64,000 bases of DNA from a bacterium (GTDB lineage Bacteria; UBA8248), in contig OZ242260.1 in NCBI GenBank assembly GCA_965207065.1, positions 640,001-704,000 of the forward strand, written 5' to 3'. The position numbers were made by a program, and so were the translations under genes. Below, piece by piece: positions 9,774 through 18,461 of this stretch. The notes below the pieces were generated by a model. It was not told the DNA's origin, made no database searches, and saw only the letters and a list, made by a program, of their open reading frames with translations. How positions within the stretch are numbered: the first letter of the stretch is position 1; each line of letters begins with the position of its first letter.

Positions 9774-10736
9774 GTGTTGAGCCGCGCGTTCGCGAAACCC
9801 ATCGTCGTGGTGAGCAAGTGCCTGGAGTTCGAGGCCTGCCGCTACAACGGCGAACGAATCGCATCATCCTTCATCGAACGGCTCGAACCCCACGTGCGCT
9901 TCCGGCCCGTCTGCCCCGAGGTGGAAATCGGTCTGGGAACGCCGAGAGACCCGATACGCATCTACTCACAAGGCGAGCAGAAGGCCCTCTTCCAGCCCAG
10001 CACGCGCAAACACCTGACGCGCAGGATGAACGCCTTCTCCAGGCGGTATCTGGAAAATCTCGAAGAGGTCGACGGGTTTATCCTGAAAGCGAAATCGCCG
10101 TCTTGCGCGATCACCGACGCCAGGATATTTCCCGCTCCCGACTCGGAGGAGCAAATCGCACAAGGGCCGGGCCTGTTCGCAGGCGCCGCGCTCGAAGCGT
10201 TCGGTTCGCGAGCGTTCGTGGATGAGGCCGGTCTGAACGAGCCGGGCACTCGCGCTGGTTTCCTCACCAGAATCTTCGCGCTCGCCGCCTTCCGCGAAGT
10301 CAAGGAATCTGGCCGCGCCGACTGCCTCACCCGCTACCACGCGGAGAACAAGCTGCTGTTCATGGCCTACCATCAAGAGACAATGCGCGAGATGGGGCGG
10401 ATCGCGGCGAACCTTGATAAACGCGAATTTAGCGAAGTCGCCTCTCTTTACAAAAGCGCGCTCCTGAGACTCCTCACCCGTTCGCCGACGCGCGCCACTT
10501 GGGTGAATGCCCTCGCACACGCGTTGGGACATCTATCTAATAATATCAGTGGAGAAGAAAAGAAGCGTTTTCTCGATGCGATGGAAGAATATCGAGAGGG
10601 CAAAATCCCCCTGGATGGGCCGCTCGAAATCCTTCGGGAATGGAGCAAGCGCTTCGGATCGAAGTACCTGGCAGCGCAGACGATTTTCGAGCCGTTTCCA
10701 GGGGTGTTGGGTTGGGGAGTGGATAACAACAAGTAA
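9774..10736 (+). CDS. DUF523 (2-thiouracil desulfurase-like) + DUF1722 protein (YbgA family)
   Basis: VSKCL..RYNG, VCPEVEIGLGTPR, KSPSC, H..NKLLFMA, YL.Q..F.PFP. Confidence 0.85.
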   Translation: MLSRAFAKPIVVVSKCLEFEACRYNGERIASSFIERLEPHVRFRPVCPEVEIGLGTPRDPIRIYSQGEQKALFQPSTRKHLTRRMNAFSRRYLENLEEVDGFILKAKSPSCAITDARIFPAPDSEEQIAQGPGLFAGAALEAFGSRAFVDEAGLNEPGTRAGFLTRIFALAAFREVKESGRADCLTRYHAENKLLFMAYHQETMREMGRIAANLDKREFSEVASLYKSALLRLLTRSPTRATWVNALAHALGHLSNNISGEEKKRFLDAMEEYREGKIPLDGPLEILREWSKRFGSKYLAAQTIFEPFPGVLGWGVDNNK

Positions 10737-10752
10737 AGGAAATTAAAAGACA

Positions 10753-11186
10753 ATGCGCATAATCTGGTCATATCAAGGTCGCCACATCACCGATTACGAG
10801 AAGCTACCCGATTGCTACAAAAACAATGAATTCGACTCGCCCCAATGCTCGACGGTACCGCTTCTCGCATACTGGCGGACACCCGAGCAGCATCGACTTG
10901 TTACCCAGATGCCAAGAGTCGCCATCTCGTCTGCCAAATGTTCGATGTGGACTCGGCCAAGCGGGATATGTACCTTTCAGACCTCGGAACACTCAGAGGA
11001 CTAGTGAGCCCTGACCGCATGAGCATCCACCTAGTCAAGTGCAGCATCCGGCGCACCCTTCTGCAGGAATGTCTTGAGCGTAGATGGGATAAAGGAGAGC
11101 GCTTTCTTCATGAGCCTGTGCTGTGCGGCTTGAAAAACGGTGACTTGATGGATGTCAAGTTGAAGAAAATCTACACCGTGAAATAA
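10753..11186 (+). pseudogene. frameshifted or internally deleted hypothetical gene
   Basis: Two overlapping lower-GC ORFs (10753-11004, 10845-11186); the protein-like N-part of the first and C-part of the second meet around 10880. Confidence 0.5.
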
Positions 11187-11201
11187 CGGAGGAAGATGCG
11201 C

Positions 11202-11244
11202 GGGCGGCTCGCGAGCCGCCCCTACGGAAGGTTGATGCCCCTAC
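11202..11244 (-). repeat. GTAG-type REP palindrome plus partial second copy
   Basis: gggcggctcgcgagccgcccctac (11202-11225) reads GTAG + GC hairpin on minus; gcccctac again at 11237-11244. Confidence 0.65.
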
Positions 11245-11419
11245 AAACAGGCAAACTCTCTTTCCTCCTCGGTCGATTCCTTCCTCTCCGGCTGGCAATC
11301 CCTCCCCAGAGATTCCAGGTGTATTATCGGCGTGATTTATGGTTTTCCATCAGGAGATGCTGCGATGGCGACCCGCAGTCTTTTCTCTCGTTTCAGGGAA
11401 AATTTCCCCAACCACCTCC

Positions 11420-12232
11420 TCAGCCCGCAGACTCGAAAGTCCGCTCCGTCGGGCCGACCGAGCTGAGGCCGCAGCGCAAGGCTTCGAGATTGAACGTCAT
11501 CCAGGGCGGCACGTTCCCGATGTTCACGTCGGGGCCGAATTCGGTAAGCAGGAATTTCTGGAGTTCGTAGATGACGTTGTTCGTCGTGCCTTCGATCCAC
11601 CAGCCGGGAAGTTCGAAAATGACCTTGCGGACGTCCATCCGGTCGCGGATCGAATCGATCAGGGCGCGGTCCGCCTCGCCGCCGGGCATGAGTTCCGCCG
11701 CCTCGAAGAGCACCACCGAGGCGCCCGCATCCATGCAGATGTTCGCCTGTGAGATCAATTCCGCCACGTCCTGCTTGCCGGTCTTGGAGCCCACCTCGCC
11801 GTGCACCTCGAGGCCTGCGTCCACAGCCGAGCGCACCATCCGCTCTCTCTCATTGTCGGACAAGGAGACGCAGTTGTCGGAAATCTCAATCGCCTCGACC
11901 CCGTACTCCGCCGCCGCCTCGAAATAGGGCTGCACTCCGCCCCAGCCCTGCGTGGCGAAGATGAACTCCAGGAACTGCCCGCCGATGAAGGGCTTGACCT
12001 CGTGGCTTTTGAACAGTTCGAGTTTCTCGCGATAGTAATCCTCGATATACAGGCGCGAAGTGCCCACCGCGATTTTGCCCAGGTCGATGAACGGGCCGCT
12101 CATCCGGAGGAGTCCCTGGAGGTATTCGATGGTCTCCCCCTTGTCGATCATCATGGTGATCCCGCTGGTTCTGGGTTTCTCCATGCTGCGCTCAGCGGGA
12201 AGAGGAACGAAGTCGAAGGCGAATCCGGCCAT
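11420..12232 (-). CDS. comA: phosphosulfolactate synthase family protein (ComA-like)
   Basis: KPRTSGITMMIDKG, IDLGKIAVGTS, IEISD, EVGSK, VIFE, GPDVNIGNV, LEALRCGL. Confidence 0.8.
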   Translation of the reverse strand: MAGFAFDFVPLPAERSMEKPRTSGITMMIDKGETIEYLQGLLRMSGPFIDLGKIAVGTSRLYIEDYYREKLELFKSHEVKPFIGGQFLEFIFATQGWGGVQPYFEAAAEYGVEAIEISDNCVSLSDNERERMVRSAVDAGLEVHGEVGSKTGKQDVAELISQANICMDAGASVVLFEAAELMPGGEADRALIDSIRDRMDVRKVIFELPGWWIEGTTNNVIYELQKFLLTEFGPDVNIGNVPPWMTFNLEALRCGLSSVGPTERTFESAG

Positions 12233-12319
12233 CCCGTACTCCTTTCAGGCTCGTTTTGGTTGATTAGGGTTTCCAGTAAATCGTATCAACCGCGCGGTTG
12301 CAAGGATGAAAATAGCGGG

Positions 12320-12469
12320 GGAGTTACCAGGGATTGTGAAGATCGCCCTCCCCGGTTCCGGCCAACCTGTCGGTTGTCACCGGCATCCGCCGGCATGACG
12401 GACGCAAACGTTCGCTCCTCGCTCGCGTTTGACCCTTCATTCGATGATCGCCTCACCTGATTAGTCTCC
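12320..12469. ncRNA. candidate structured RNA (multi-hairpin junction) between divergent comA and sulfotransferase
   Basis: Long imperfect closing stem enclosing four short hairpins; no family recognised. Confidence 0.3.
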
Positions 12470-12579
12470 GGGCGCGCACGCCCGTATAATGCGCCCATAC
12501 TGAACAATTGCAATGGCGCGGGGACCGAAGGAAAACCCGCCCGTTCAAGTAAATCCCAAAGGATTCAGAAGGAGGAAAC

Positions 12580-13593
12580 ATGCCGGATTTTTCAAGACCC
12601 GTATTCATCGTCAGCGCCCCCCGTTCAGGCTCGACCCTGTTCCGTCTCATTCTGGACGCCCACCCGAGGCTGGCGGTGCCCTCCCCCGCCTGGCTGTACG
12701 AAATGGTCTACCCCTACCTCTACAGCTATGGCGACCTCGCAAGCCCGGAAAATTTCATGGCGCTGGCCGAGGACATCTTCGAAAACCCCTTCATCAAGAA
12801 CATGAAGCTCGACATCACGCCGAAGGACCTCGTTTCCGCCTCCGAAGAACCGACCTTCCGCGGGCTTTACGATGCGCTTCACCGCCACTACGCCGAGCGC
12901 ACGGGCAAGGAGCGGTGGGGCGAGAAATCTCCCCGCAATTCTTTCTGGATGGAGGAGATCAAAGGCGATTTCCCGGATGCGCAATTCGTCCACATCGTGA
13001 GGGACGGGCGCGACATGGCGATCGACATCGCCGATTCGCCCGAGATGCTGCCCGAGAACATATATTCGGGCGCGCACGTCTGGAAGGATTTCACCGGCGC
13101 CGCGCACGCGTCGGGGAAACGCATGGGGGAATCGGATTACTACGTCATCCGCTATGAGGATTTGTGCGCAGAGCCTGAGGATGCACTGAAAAAACTGTGC
13201 GATTTCCTGAAGGAGGATTTCGATGCGCAGATGCTTGCCCACCACGAAACGGAATCCTCGAAAAGTTGGAGTTCTCTTCCCAACCATGTGAAGAGCGGGC
13301 GGCCCATCTCCACGCAATACTGCGAGATGTACAAGACGCGCCTGCCGACGGACGACGTATCCGCGCTCGAGGAAGTGATGGGGGATCTGCTCGTCGAGTT
13401 CGGCTACCCGGTGGGCGAGAGCGCAAAACCTATACCGGAAAAACTCGCGGCCCAGTTGATGGAAAGCGAGATGATATCCGCGCCCCGCGTGATCGCCTAC
13501 CGCAAATGGCATGCCGACAGGCGGCGGGAGCGGCTCTCGGAAGACGTCTGGAAGCTCGAAGACAGGAAATCTCTCCTGCGCTCGCTTTGCTGA
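12580..13593 (+). CDS. sulfotransferase family protein 1
   Basis: 5'-PSB loop SAPRSGSTL, WGEKSP, HIVRDGRD, RYEDL. Confidence 0.9.
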   Translation: MPDFSRPVFIVSAPRSGSTLFRLILDAHPRLAVPSPAWLYEMVYPYLYSYGDLASPENFMALAEDIFENPFIKNMKLDITPKDLVSASEEPTFRGLYDALHRHYAERTGKERWGEKSPRNSFWMEEIKGDFPDAQFVHIVRDGRDMAIDIADSPEMLPENIYSGAHVWKDFTGAAHASGKRMGESDYYVIRYEDLCAEPEDALKKLCDFLKEDFDAQMLAHHETESSKSWSSLPNHVKSGRPISTQYCEMYKTRLPTDDVSALEEVMGDLLVEFGYPVGESAKPIPEKLAAQLMESEMISAPRVIAYRKWHADRRRERLSEDVWKLEDRKSLLRSLC

Positions 13594-13828
13594 TGGCGGG
13601 GAGGCGGCTCACAGCGCATCGGGATTTTCGGGCCGAATAAGGCGCGCTTGTGCCGTCTTCGCGGATTCACTATGATGATCGCCATCCATATATTACTTGA
13701 GTCATGCGCCGTTTGAGGAAGTCCGGTTTATTCACTTTCTCTTTCGCTACGAAAAATCACGAATAAAAGGAGCCGAGCAAACGGAATCGAAACGAAATCT
13801 GGGGAAACCTGATTATGGAGGAAGCACG

Positions 13829-14806
13829 ATGTCCAAGATCATGAAATGCATCATTGCCTTTGGTGTTCTGGTATCAGTGGGGTTCGTCGATTCAGCGACG
13901 GCGGCCTATCCTGAACGCGCCATCAACTACATCGTCGCCTACAGGGTCGGGGGCGGCTCCGACAGGACGTCCCGCGCTTTCGTTCCCTTTCTCGAAAAGC
14001 ACCTGGGCAAAGGCGCCAAGATCGCCATCATCAACAAGCCAGGCGCCGGCGGCAACATCGGGTTCAACGCGATAGCGAACGCCAAGCCCGACGGCTACAC
14101 CATCGGCATGACGAACTTCCCCCAGGCCATCGTCGGCCCCATCATGGGGAAGGTGAAATACACCATCAAGGACTTCGACTTCCTGGGCAACGTGAACAGG
14201 GGGCCGACGACGTTCGCCGTGCTCAAGACGAGCAAGTACAAAACCCTGGCCGATCTCATGGCCGACGTCAAGAAGAACCCCGGCAAAATCTCGATCGGCA
14301 TGGCGGCGCTCAGCAGCGTCCACAGCATCGGGACCAGCAAGTTCTTGGTCAAGACGGGACTCAAAATGAACAAGGTGCCTTTCGGCGGCGGCGGACCCGC
14401 GCGCAACGCTCTTCTTGGCGGCCACGTTCCGGTGCTGGCGATTTCGATGTCCGCCATCGCGAAATTCAAGGACAAGGTCCGCATCCTCGCCCAGGCGGCG
14501 CCCGAGCGGGTGTCGATCGGCTCCTGGGTCCCGACGTTCAAGGAGCAGGGCGTGGACATCACCAATTTCGTCTTCCGTCCCGTGGCCGCTCCCAAGGGCG
14601 TGCCGGCGCCCATACTGGCGAAGCTGCGCGCCGCCTTCAAAAAGGCGATCGCAGATCCCGGATTCCTGAAAGTGGCGAAGAAACAAAGAATTGCGGTGGA
14701 ATACACCAGCGGCGAGGAGATGGGGAAGGTAGCGAACGCGTCTCACATGGCCCACGAACAACTCTGGAAGACGAACCCCTGGATGAAGAAGAAAAAGAAA
14801 AAATAA
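13829..14806 (+). CDS. tripartite tricarboxylate transporter substrate-binding protein (TctC/Bug)
   Basis: Signal peptide, YPERAI..GGGSD, NKPGAGG, KPDGYTI, VPFGGGG, VPTFKEQG; ATG 13829 follows GGAGG. Confidence 0.9.
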   Translation: MSKIMKCIIAFGVLVSVGFVDSATAAYPERAINYIVAYRVGGGSDRTSRAFVPFLEKHLGKGAKIAIINKPGAGGNIGFNAIANAKPDGYTIGMTNFPQAIVGPIMGKVKYTIKDFDFLGNVNRGPTTFAVLKTSKYKTLADLMADVKKNPGKISIGMAALSSVHSIGTSKFLVKTGLKMNKVPFGGGGPARNALLGGHVPVLAISMSAIAKFKDKVRILAQAAPERVSIGSWVPTFKEQGVDITNFVFRPVAAPKGVPAPILAKLRAAFKKAIADPGFLKVAKKQRIAVEYTSGEEMGKVANASHMAHEQLWKTNPWMKKKKKK

Positions 14807-14890
14807 GAAAGATCCGGGACTTCGGCTCACTGAGGACGCAGAAACGCAAACAACCCGAGGGCGCGCACCGTCGGTACGCCTTAAGGTCAG

Positions 14891-15682
14891 GTGGAGCGTA
14901 TGCCGCACATCAACGTATCGGGAGTCGACCTCCACTACGTCGACGAGGGCGCGGGAAAACCCGTATTTTTTCTTCACGGGAACGCGGGTTCGGGCCGCGT
15001 GTGGCGCAAAATCACGCCCGAATTCAGGAAACGCTACCGCGTGTTCGCGCACGATCGCCAGGGGTTCGGTGACTCTGAGAAAAAGGAAACCGGCGATTTC
15101 TCACCGCGCGGATTCGCCGGGGAACTGGCGCGCCTGATGGATGCCCTGGGCGTCGAGAAAGCACACGTATGCGGGCTGTCCATGGGCGGCATGATCGCCC
15201 AGTGCTTCGCTCTCGATTACCCCGAGCGGGTGGACGGGCTGGTGCTCGTGGGGACCATGCCCGACCGGACGGGGCGCAACGTTCCCGAGACGCTGGCCGA
15301 ACTCGAGCGAGACGGATGGCCTGCCGTCGCAGATCGTCTCATCCACCACTGGTTCCGGCCGGGCAGCGATGAGGCGGACATCGCCGAGGCGTATGAAATT
15401 GCGCTCCAGTCGCCGCAAAAATTTCGCGAACTCACCGTTACCGCGCTCGGGACGTTCGACATCAAGGCGGAACTCCCCGACATCAAGGCGCCGACGCTGA
15501 TTCTGAACGGCGAGGCGGACGTCACCAACGTGATGGGCCACGCGGAAATCATGAACGAGGGGATTCCGGGTTCGCGCCTCGTCAGGATTTCCGACTGCGG
15601 ACACCTGATCCCGATAGAAAGACCCGAGGCGTTCTGCCGGCACACGCTCGGGTTCCTGGCGGAGGTCGATGCCGCGCCTTAA
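14891..15682 (+). CDS. alpha/beta hydrolase (enol-lactone hydrolase-like)
   Basis: FLHG, DRQGFG, GLSMGG nucleophile elbow, GEAD, CGH. Confidence 0.85.
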   Translation: MERMPHINVSGVDLHYVDEGAGKPVFFLHGNAGSGRVWRKITPEFRKRYRVFAHDRQGFGDSEKKETGDFSPRGFAGELARLMDALGVEKAHVCGLSMGGMIAQCFALDYPERVDGLVLVGTMPDRTGRNVPETLAELERDGWPAVADRLIHHWFRPGSDEADIAEAYEIALQSPQKFRELTVTALGTFDIKAELPDIKAPTLILNGEADVTNVMGHAEIMNEGIPGSRLVRISDCGHLIPIERPEAFCRHTLGFLAEVDAAP

Positions 15683-15752
15683 CAGAAACGGCGTGTCCTG
15701 AAATTTCGCTTCGGGCAACTCGTCCCTGTCTATTCTCGCGGGGGAAGCGCAC

Positions 15753-16193
15753 GTGTTCGAAAACCATGACAGAGTCGCCTCCGTTATCTTCTTCGTCGTA
15801 ACGACTTTCCTCTATTTCCACGCCGGGAGTTTCCCGGAAGAAGCGGCCTTCTACCCGCGGATGGTCATCGGGTTGATGGTCATTCTCTCCGTACTCATGT
15901 TCATAAAGTCCTGGCTCAAATCAGGCCGTAGCAGGACCTTCGAGCCGTTCTTCATTCACCACAAGCGGTTTTTTCTGAGCGCCCTCCTGGCGCTGGGCTA
16001 CATTGCAGGCGTGCAGTATCTCGGCTACTACAGCGCCTCGCTGATTTTCATCCCCACAGCTGCCTGGGCGCTGGGCTACCGGAACAGGTTCGTCATGGCG
16101 GCGACCACGGTCTGTTATCTCCTGTTCATCTTCGTGGTATTCGACCAGCTTTTCGACCGACCGCTCACGCAGGAATTTTTCCTGCGCCACTAA
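15753..16193 (+). CDS. TctB family membrane protein
   Basis: Four hydrophobic segments, YP motif, directly upstream of TctA. Confidence 0.8.
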   Translation: MFENHDRVASVIFFVVTTFLYFHAGSFPEEAAFYPRMVIGLMVILSVLMFIKSWLKSGRSRTFEPFFIHHKRFFLSALLALGYIAGVQYLGYYSASLIFIPTAAWALGYRNRFVMAATTVCYLLFIFVVFDQLFDRPLTQEFFLRH

Positions 16194-16261
16194 AAGGGAG
16201 TGCGTAACATCGTGACTGGACACCGATTTGTTCCCAAACTCCAAGCCCCGGGAATGAAACC

Positions 16262-17788
16262 TTGATAGAGCCTTTCTACAATTCCCTTTGGGTCATCCTC
16301 GAGTGGCAGAACATTCTCGCCATGGTCGTGGGGGTGATCGGCGGCATCATTTTCGGCGCCATTCCGGGGCTGACGGCTACGATGGGCATCGCCCTCCTCA
16401 TCCCGCTTACCTTCGGCATGTCGCCGCTCATGGCGCTGGGGATGATGGCCGGCATCCACAACGGCGGATCATACGGCGGCGCCATTCCCGCCGTCCTGCT
16501 GCGCATTCCGGGCACGCCGGGCGCCATCGCCACCACGTTCGACGGCTACCCGATGGCCCAGCAGGGTCTCGCCGAACGGGCGCTCAAGATCGCCTGCGTC
16601 TCCTCGGCGGTGGGAGGCATGGTCAGCGCCGTTTCGCTGATGACGCTCTCCCCGCCGCTCGCGGATTTCGCCCTGGCCTTCGGCCCGCCTGAAATCTTCT
16701 GGATCAGCCTGTTCGGCCTCTCCAGCATCGCCGTGCTGCTGGGTTCGGACCCCATCAAGGGCCTCATGGCCTCTTGCGTCGGACTGCTGCTAGGCATGGT
16801 GGGCTTAGACCACGTGACCGGCTATGAGCGCTTCACCTTCGACACCCTGGAGCTTTCGGGTGGGCTGCAACTCATCGTCATCATGGTCGGAGTGTATGCG
16901 CTGCCGCCGGCGTTTCAGATGGCCGAGCGCGCCGTCATGACCGGCGTCAAATCCAAGGACCTCGAATTCGAGGGTAGATCCGACATGGCGAACTGGCCGT
17001 GGGCGCAAATTTTTCCCGCCTGGGTCCGTGCGAACGTCATCGGGATCATCATCGGGATTCTTCCAGGGGTCGGAGGCGTCGTCGGCGCATTTGTCGCCTA
17101 CAACGAAACCAAACGCTCATCGAAAGACCCGGAGAGCTTCGGGAAGGGAAACCCCGTGGGCGTCGCCGTGGCCGAATGCGCCAACAACGCGGACAACGCC
17201 GCCGCCATGATCCCCGCGCTCACGCTGGGGGTTCCCGGCAGCGGGCTGGCCGCCCTGATACTGGCGGGCCTGCTCATCCACGGACTCGAACCCGGCCCGC
17301 GCCTGTTCAAGGAAGCGCCCGACGTGGTCTACGGCTACATGTGGGCGATGCTGTTCACCTCCGCGTCCCTGTTCGTGTTCGGCGGCATCATCGCGACGAA
17401 GCTTTTCGCCAACATCCTTCGCCTGGCGCAGGTGCAACTGATGCCGCTCATCATCGCGCTGACGGTGGTGGGCATCTATTCGTTCGAGAACAGCATCTTC
17501 AACGTCTACCTGATGCTGGGGTTCGGCCTGTTCGGCTACTCGCTGGAGCGGCTGAAGTTCCCCATCGCGCCGCTTATTCTCGGCCTCATCCTGGGGCCAA
17601 AAGTCGAGTTCAACCTCAGGGTCGCGCTCCGGTTGTCGCAGGATGACTGGTCGATCCTGTGGACCCGGCCGATCAGCATCGTCCTCATCATATTGACCGC
17701 GCTCGTGCTCTTGTATCCGGTGATTTCCGCCCTCCTACGCCGGAACAAGGACAGGCCGGAAGAGGAGTTCGCCGTGGGGGAGGAATGA
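16262..17788 (+). CDS. TctA tripartite tricarboxylate transporter permease
   Basis: GAIPGL, YGGAIPAVLLRIPGTP, DGYPMA, ECANNA, LTLGVPG, PGP.LF. Confidence 0.92.
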   Translation: MIEPFYNSLWVILEWQNILAMVVGVIGGIIFGAIPGLTATMGIALLIPLTFGMSPLMALGMMAGIHNGGSYGGAIPAVLLRIPGTPGAIATTFDGYPMAQQGLAERALKIACVSSAVGGMVSAVSLMTLSPPLADFALAFGPPEIFWISLFGLSSIAVLLGSDPIKGLMASCVGLLLGMVGLDHVTGYERFTFDTLELSGGLQLIVIMVGVYALPPAFQMAERAVMTGVKSKDLEFEGRSDMANWPWAQIFPAWVRANVIGIIIGILPGVGGVVGAFVAYNETKRSSKDPESFGKGNPVGVAVAECANNADNAAAMIPALTLGVPGSGLAALILAGLLIHGLEPGPRLFKEAPDVVYGYMWAMLFTSASLFVFGGIIATKLFANILRLAQVQLMPLIIALTVVGIYSFENSIFNVYLMLGFGLFGYSLERLKFPIAPLILGLILGPKVEFNLRVALRLSQDDWSILWTRPISIVLIILTALVLLYPVISALLRRNKDRPEEEFAVGEE

Positions 17789-17792
17789 TCTG

Positions 17793-18143
17793 GGCTGTTG
17801 AAAAAGCCCCCTGACGAAGGGGTGAAAGAAAAGCCCTCGTCGGTCGGTGTTGCGGTTGTCCTTTTGCAGGATGGTTCGAATCGGGACAGGCACGGAGGCC
17901 TGTCCTTACGGGGCGGCGCCTCCTCGGTCGGTTGGATTGCCCTCTTACCTGCATGAAAACCAACCCCCCCTACCCCCCCTTGTCAGGGGTCAAACGCGCG
18001 TGAGGAACGAGCGTTTGCATAAGCCATTGGCGGGAAACGCATCGGCTTGCAATTCCTCCCTCCTCGGTCGGAATTGACCCCTGACAACGGGGGGTAGGGG
18101 GGGTTGCCTTTGTCCTCTGGCAACGCGGTCTTTTTCAACAACC
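17793..18143. mobile_element. non-autonomous MITE-like element (351 bp) with internal REP and 33-bp hairpin
   Basis: Terminal inverted repeats GGCTGTTGAAAAAG / CTTTTTCAACAACC, flanked by CTG direct repeats; no ORF. Confidence 0.7.
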
Positions 18144-18158
18144 CTGAACGGCGCGGGA

Positions 18159-18187
18159 TTGACCCGTAAAATTTTTGTTTGTATAAG
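18159..18187 (+). promoter_or_regulatory. sigma70-like promoter for the TRAP operon
   Basis: TTGACC-17 nt-TATAAG in AT-rich context. Confidence 0.5.
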
Positions 18188-18461
18188 ATTTACATACTTT
18201 TCATTCAGAGCGAGGCGTTTTACCCGGGTTTCAGGAAGGCCGGATTCCCGATGACGAGGATTTCTTGGAGTCCCTGCGTTTCGCGTCGGAAAACCCGGGA
18301 TCGAAACGATGTCTCCCGAACCGCACCAGCGGCCAACCGTCCATGAGAATCTTATTGAGGAACCGCCAGATACGAAGTAATTGAAAATTTCAGAACCCGG
18401 GAAAAAGGAATTTTGGAGATTCCACTTCCGGTAAATACACAGACCACCAGAGGCGAAGCCG

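Noticed and set aside
11420-12232. Coenzyme M biosynthesis cluster
   Set aside because: No other com/xcb genes adjacent; the lyase is 18 kb away in another operon.
13585-13700. Sulfotransferase 1 ends Cys-TGA, a possible Cys-Sec motif given selC
   Set aside because: The paralog ends at the same aligned position (SLLWGFH-TAA), and read-through gives no protein-like sequence, so it is an ordinary stop.
18190-18461. Riboswitch in the long leader of the TRAP permease
   Set aside because: Only one clear pairing (cccgggttt/aaacccggg) and no recognisable aptamer consensus; too weak to call.
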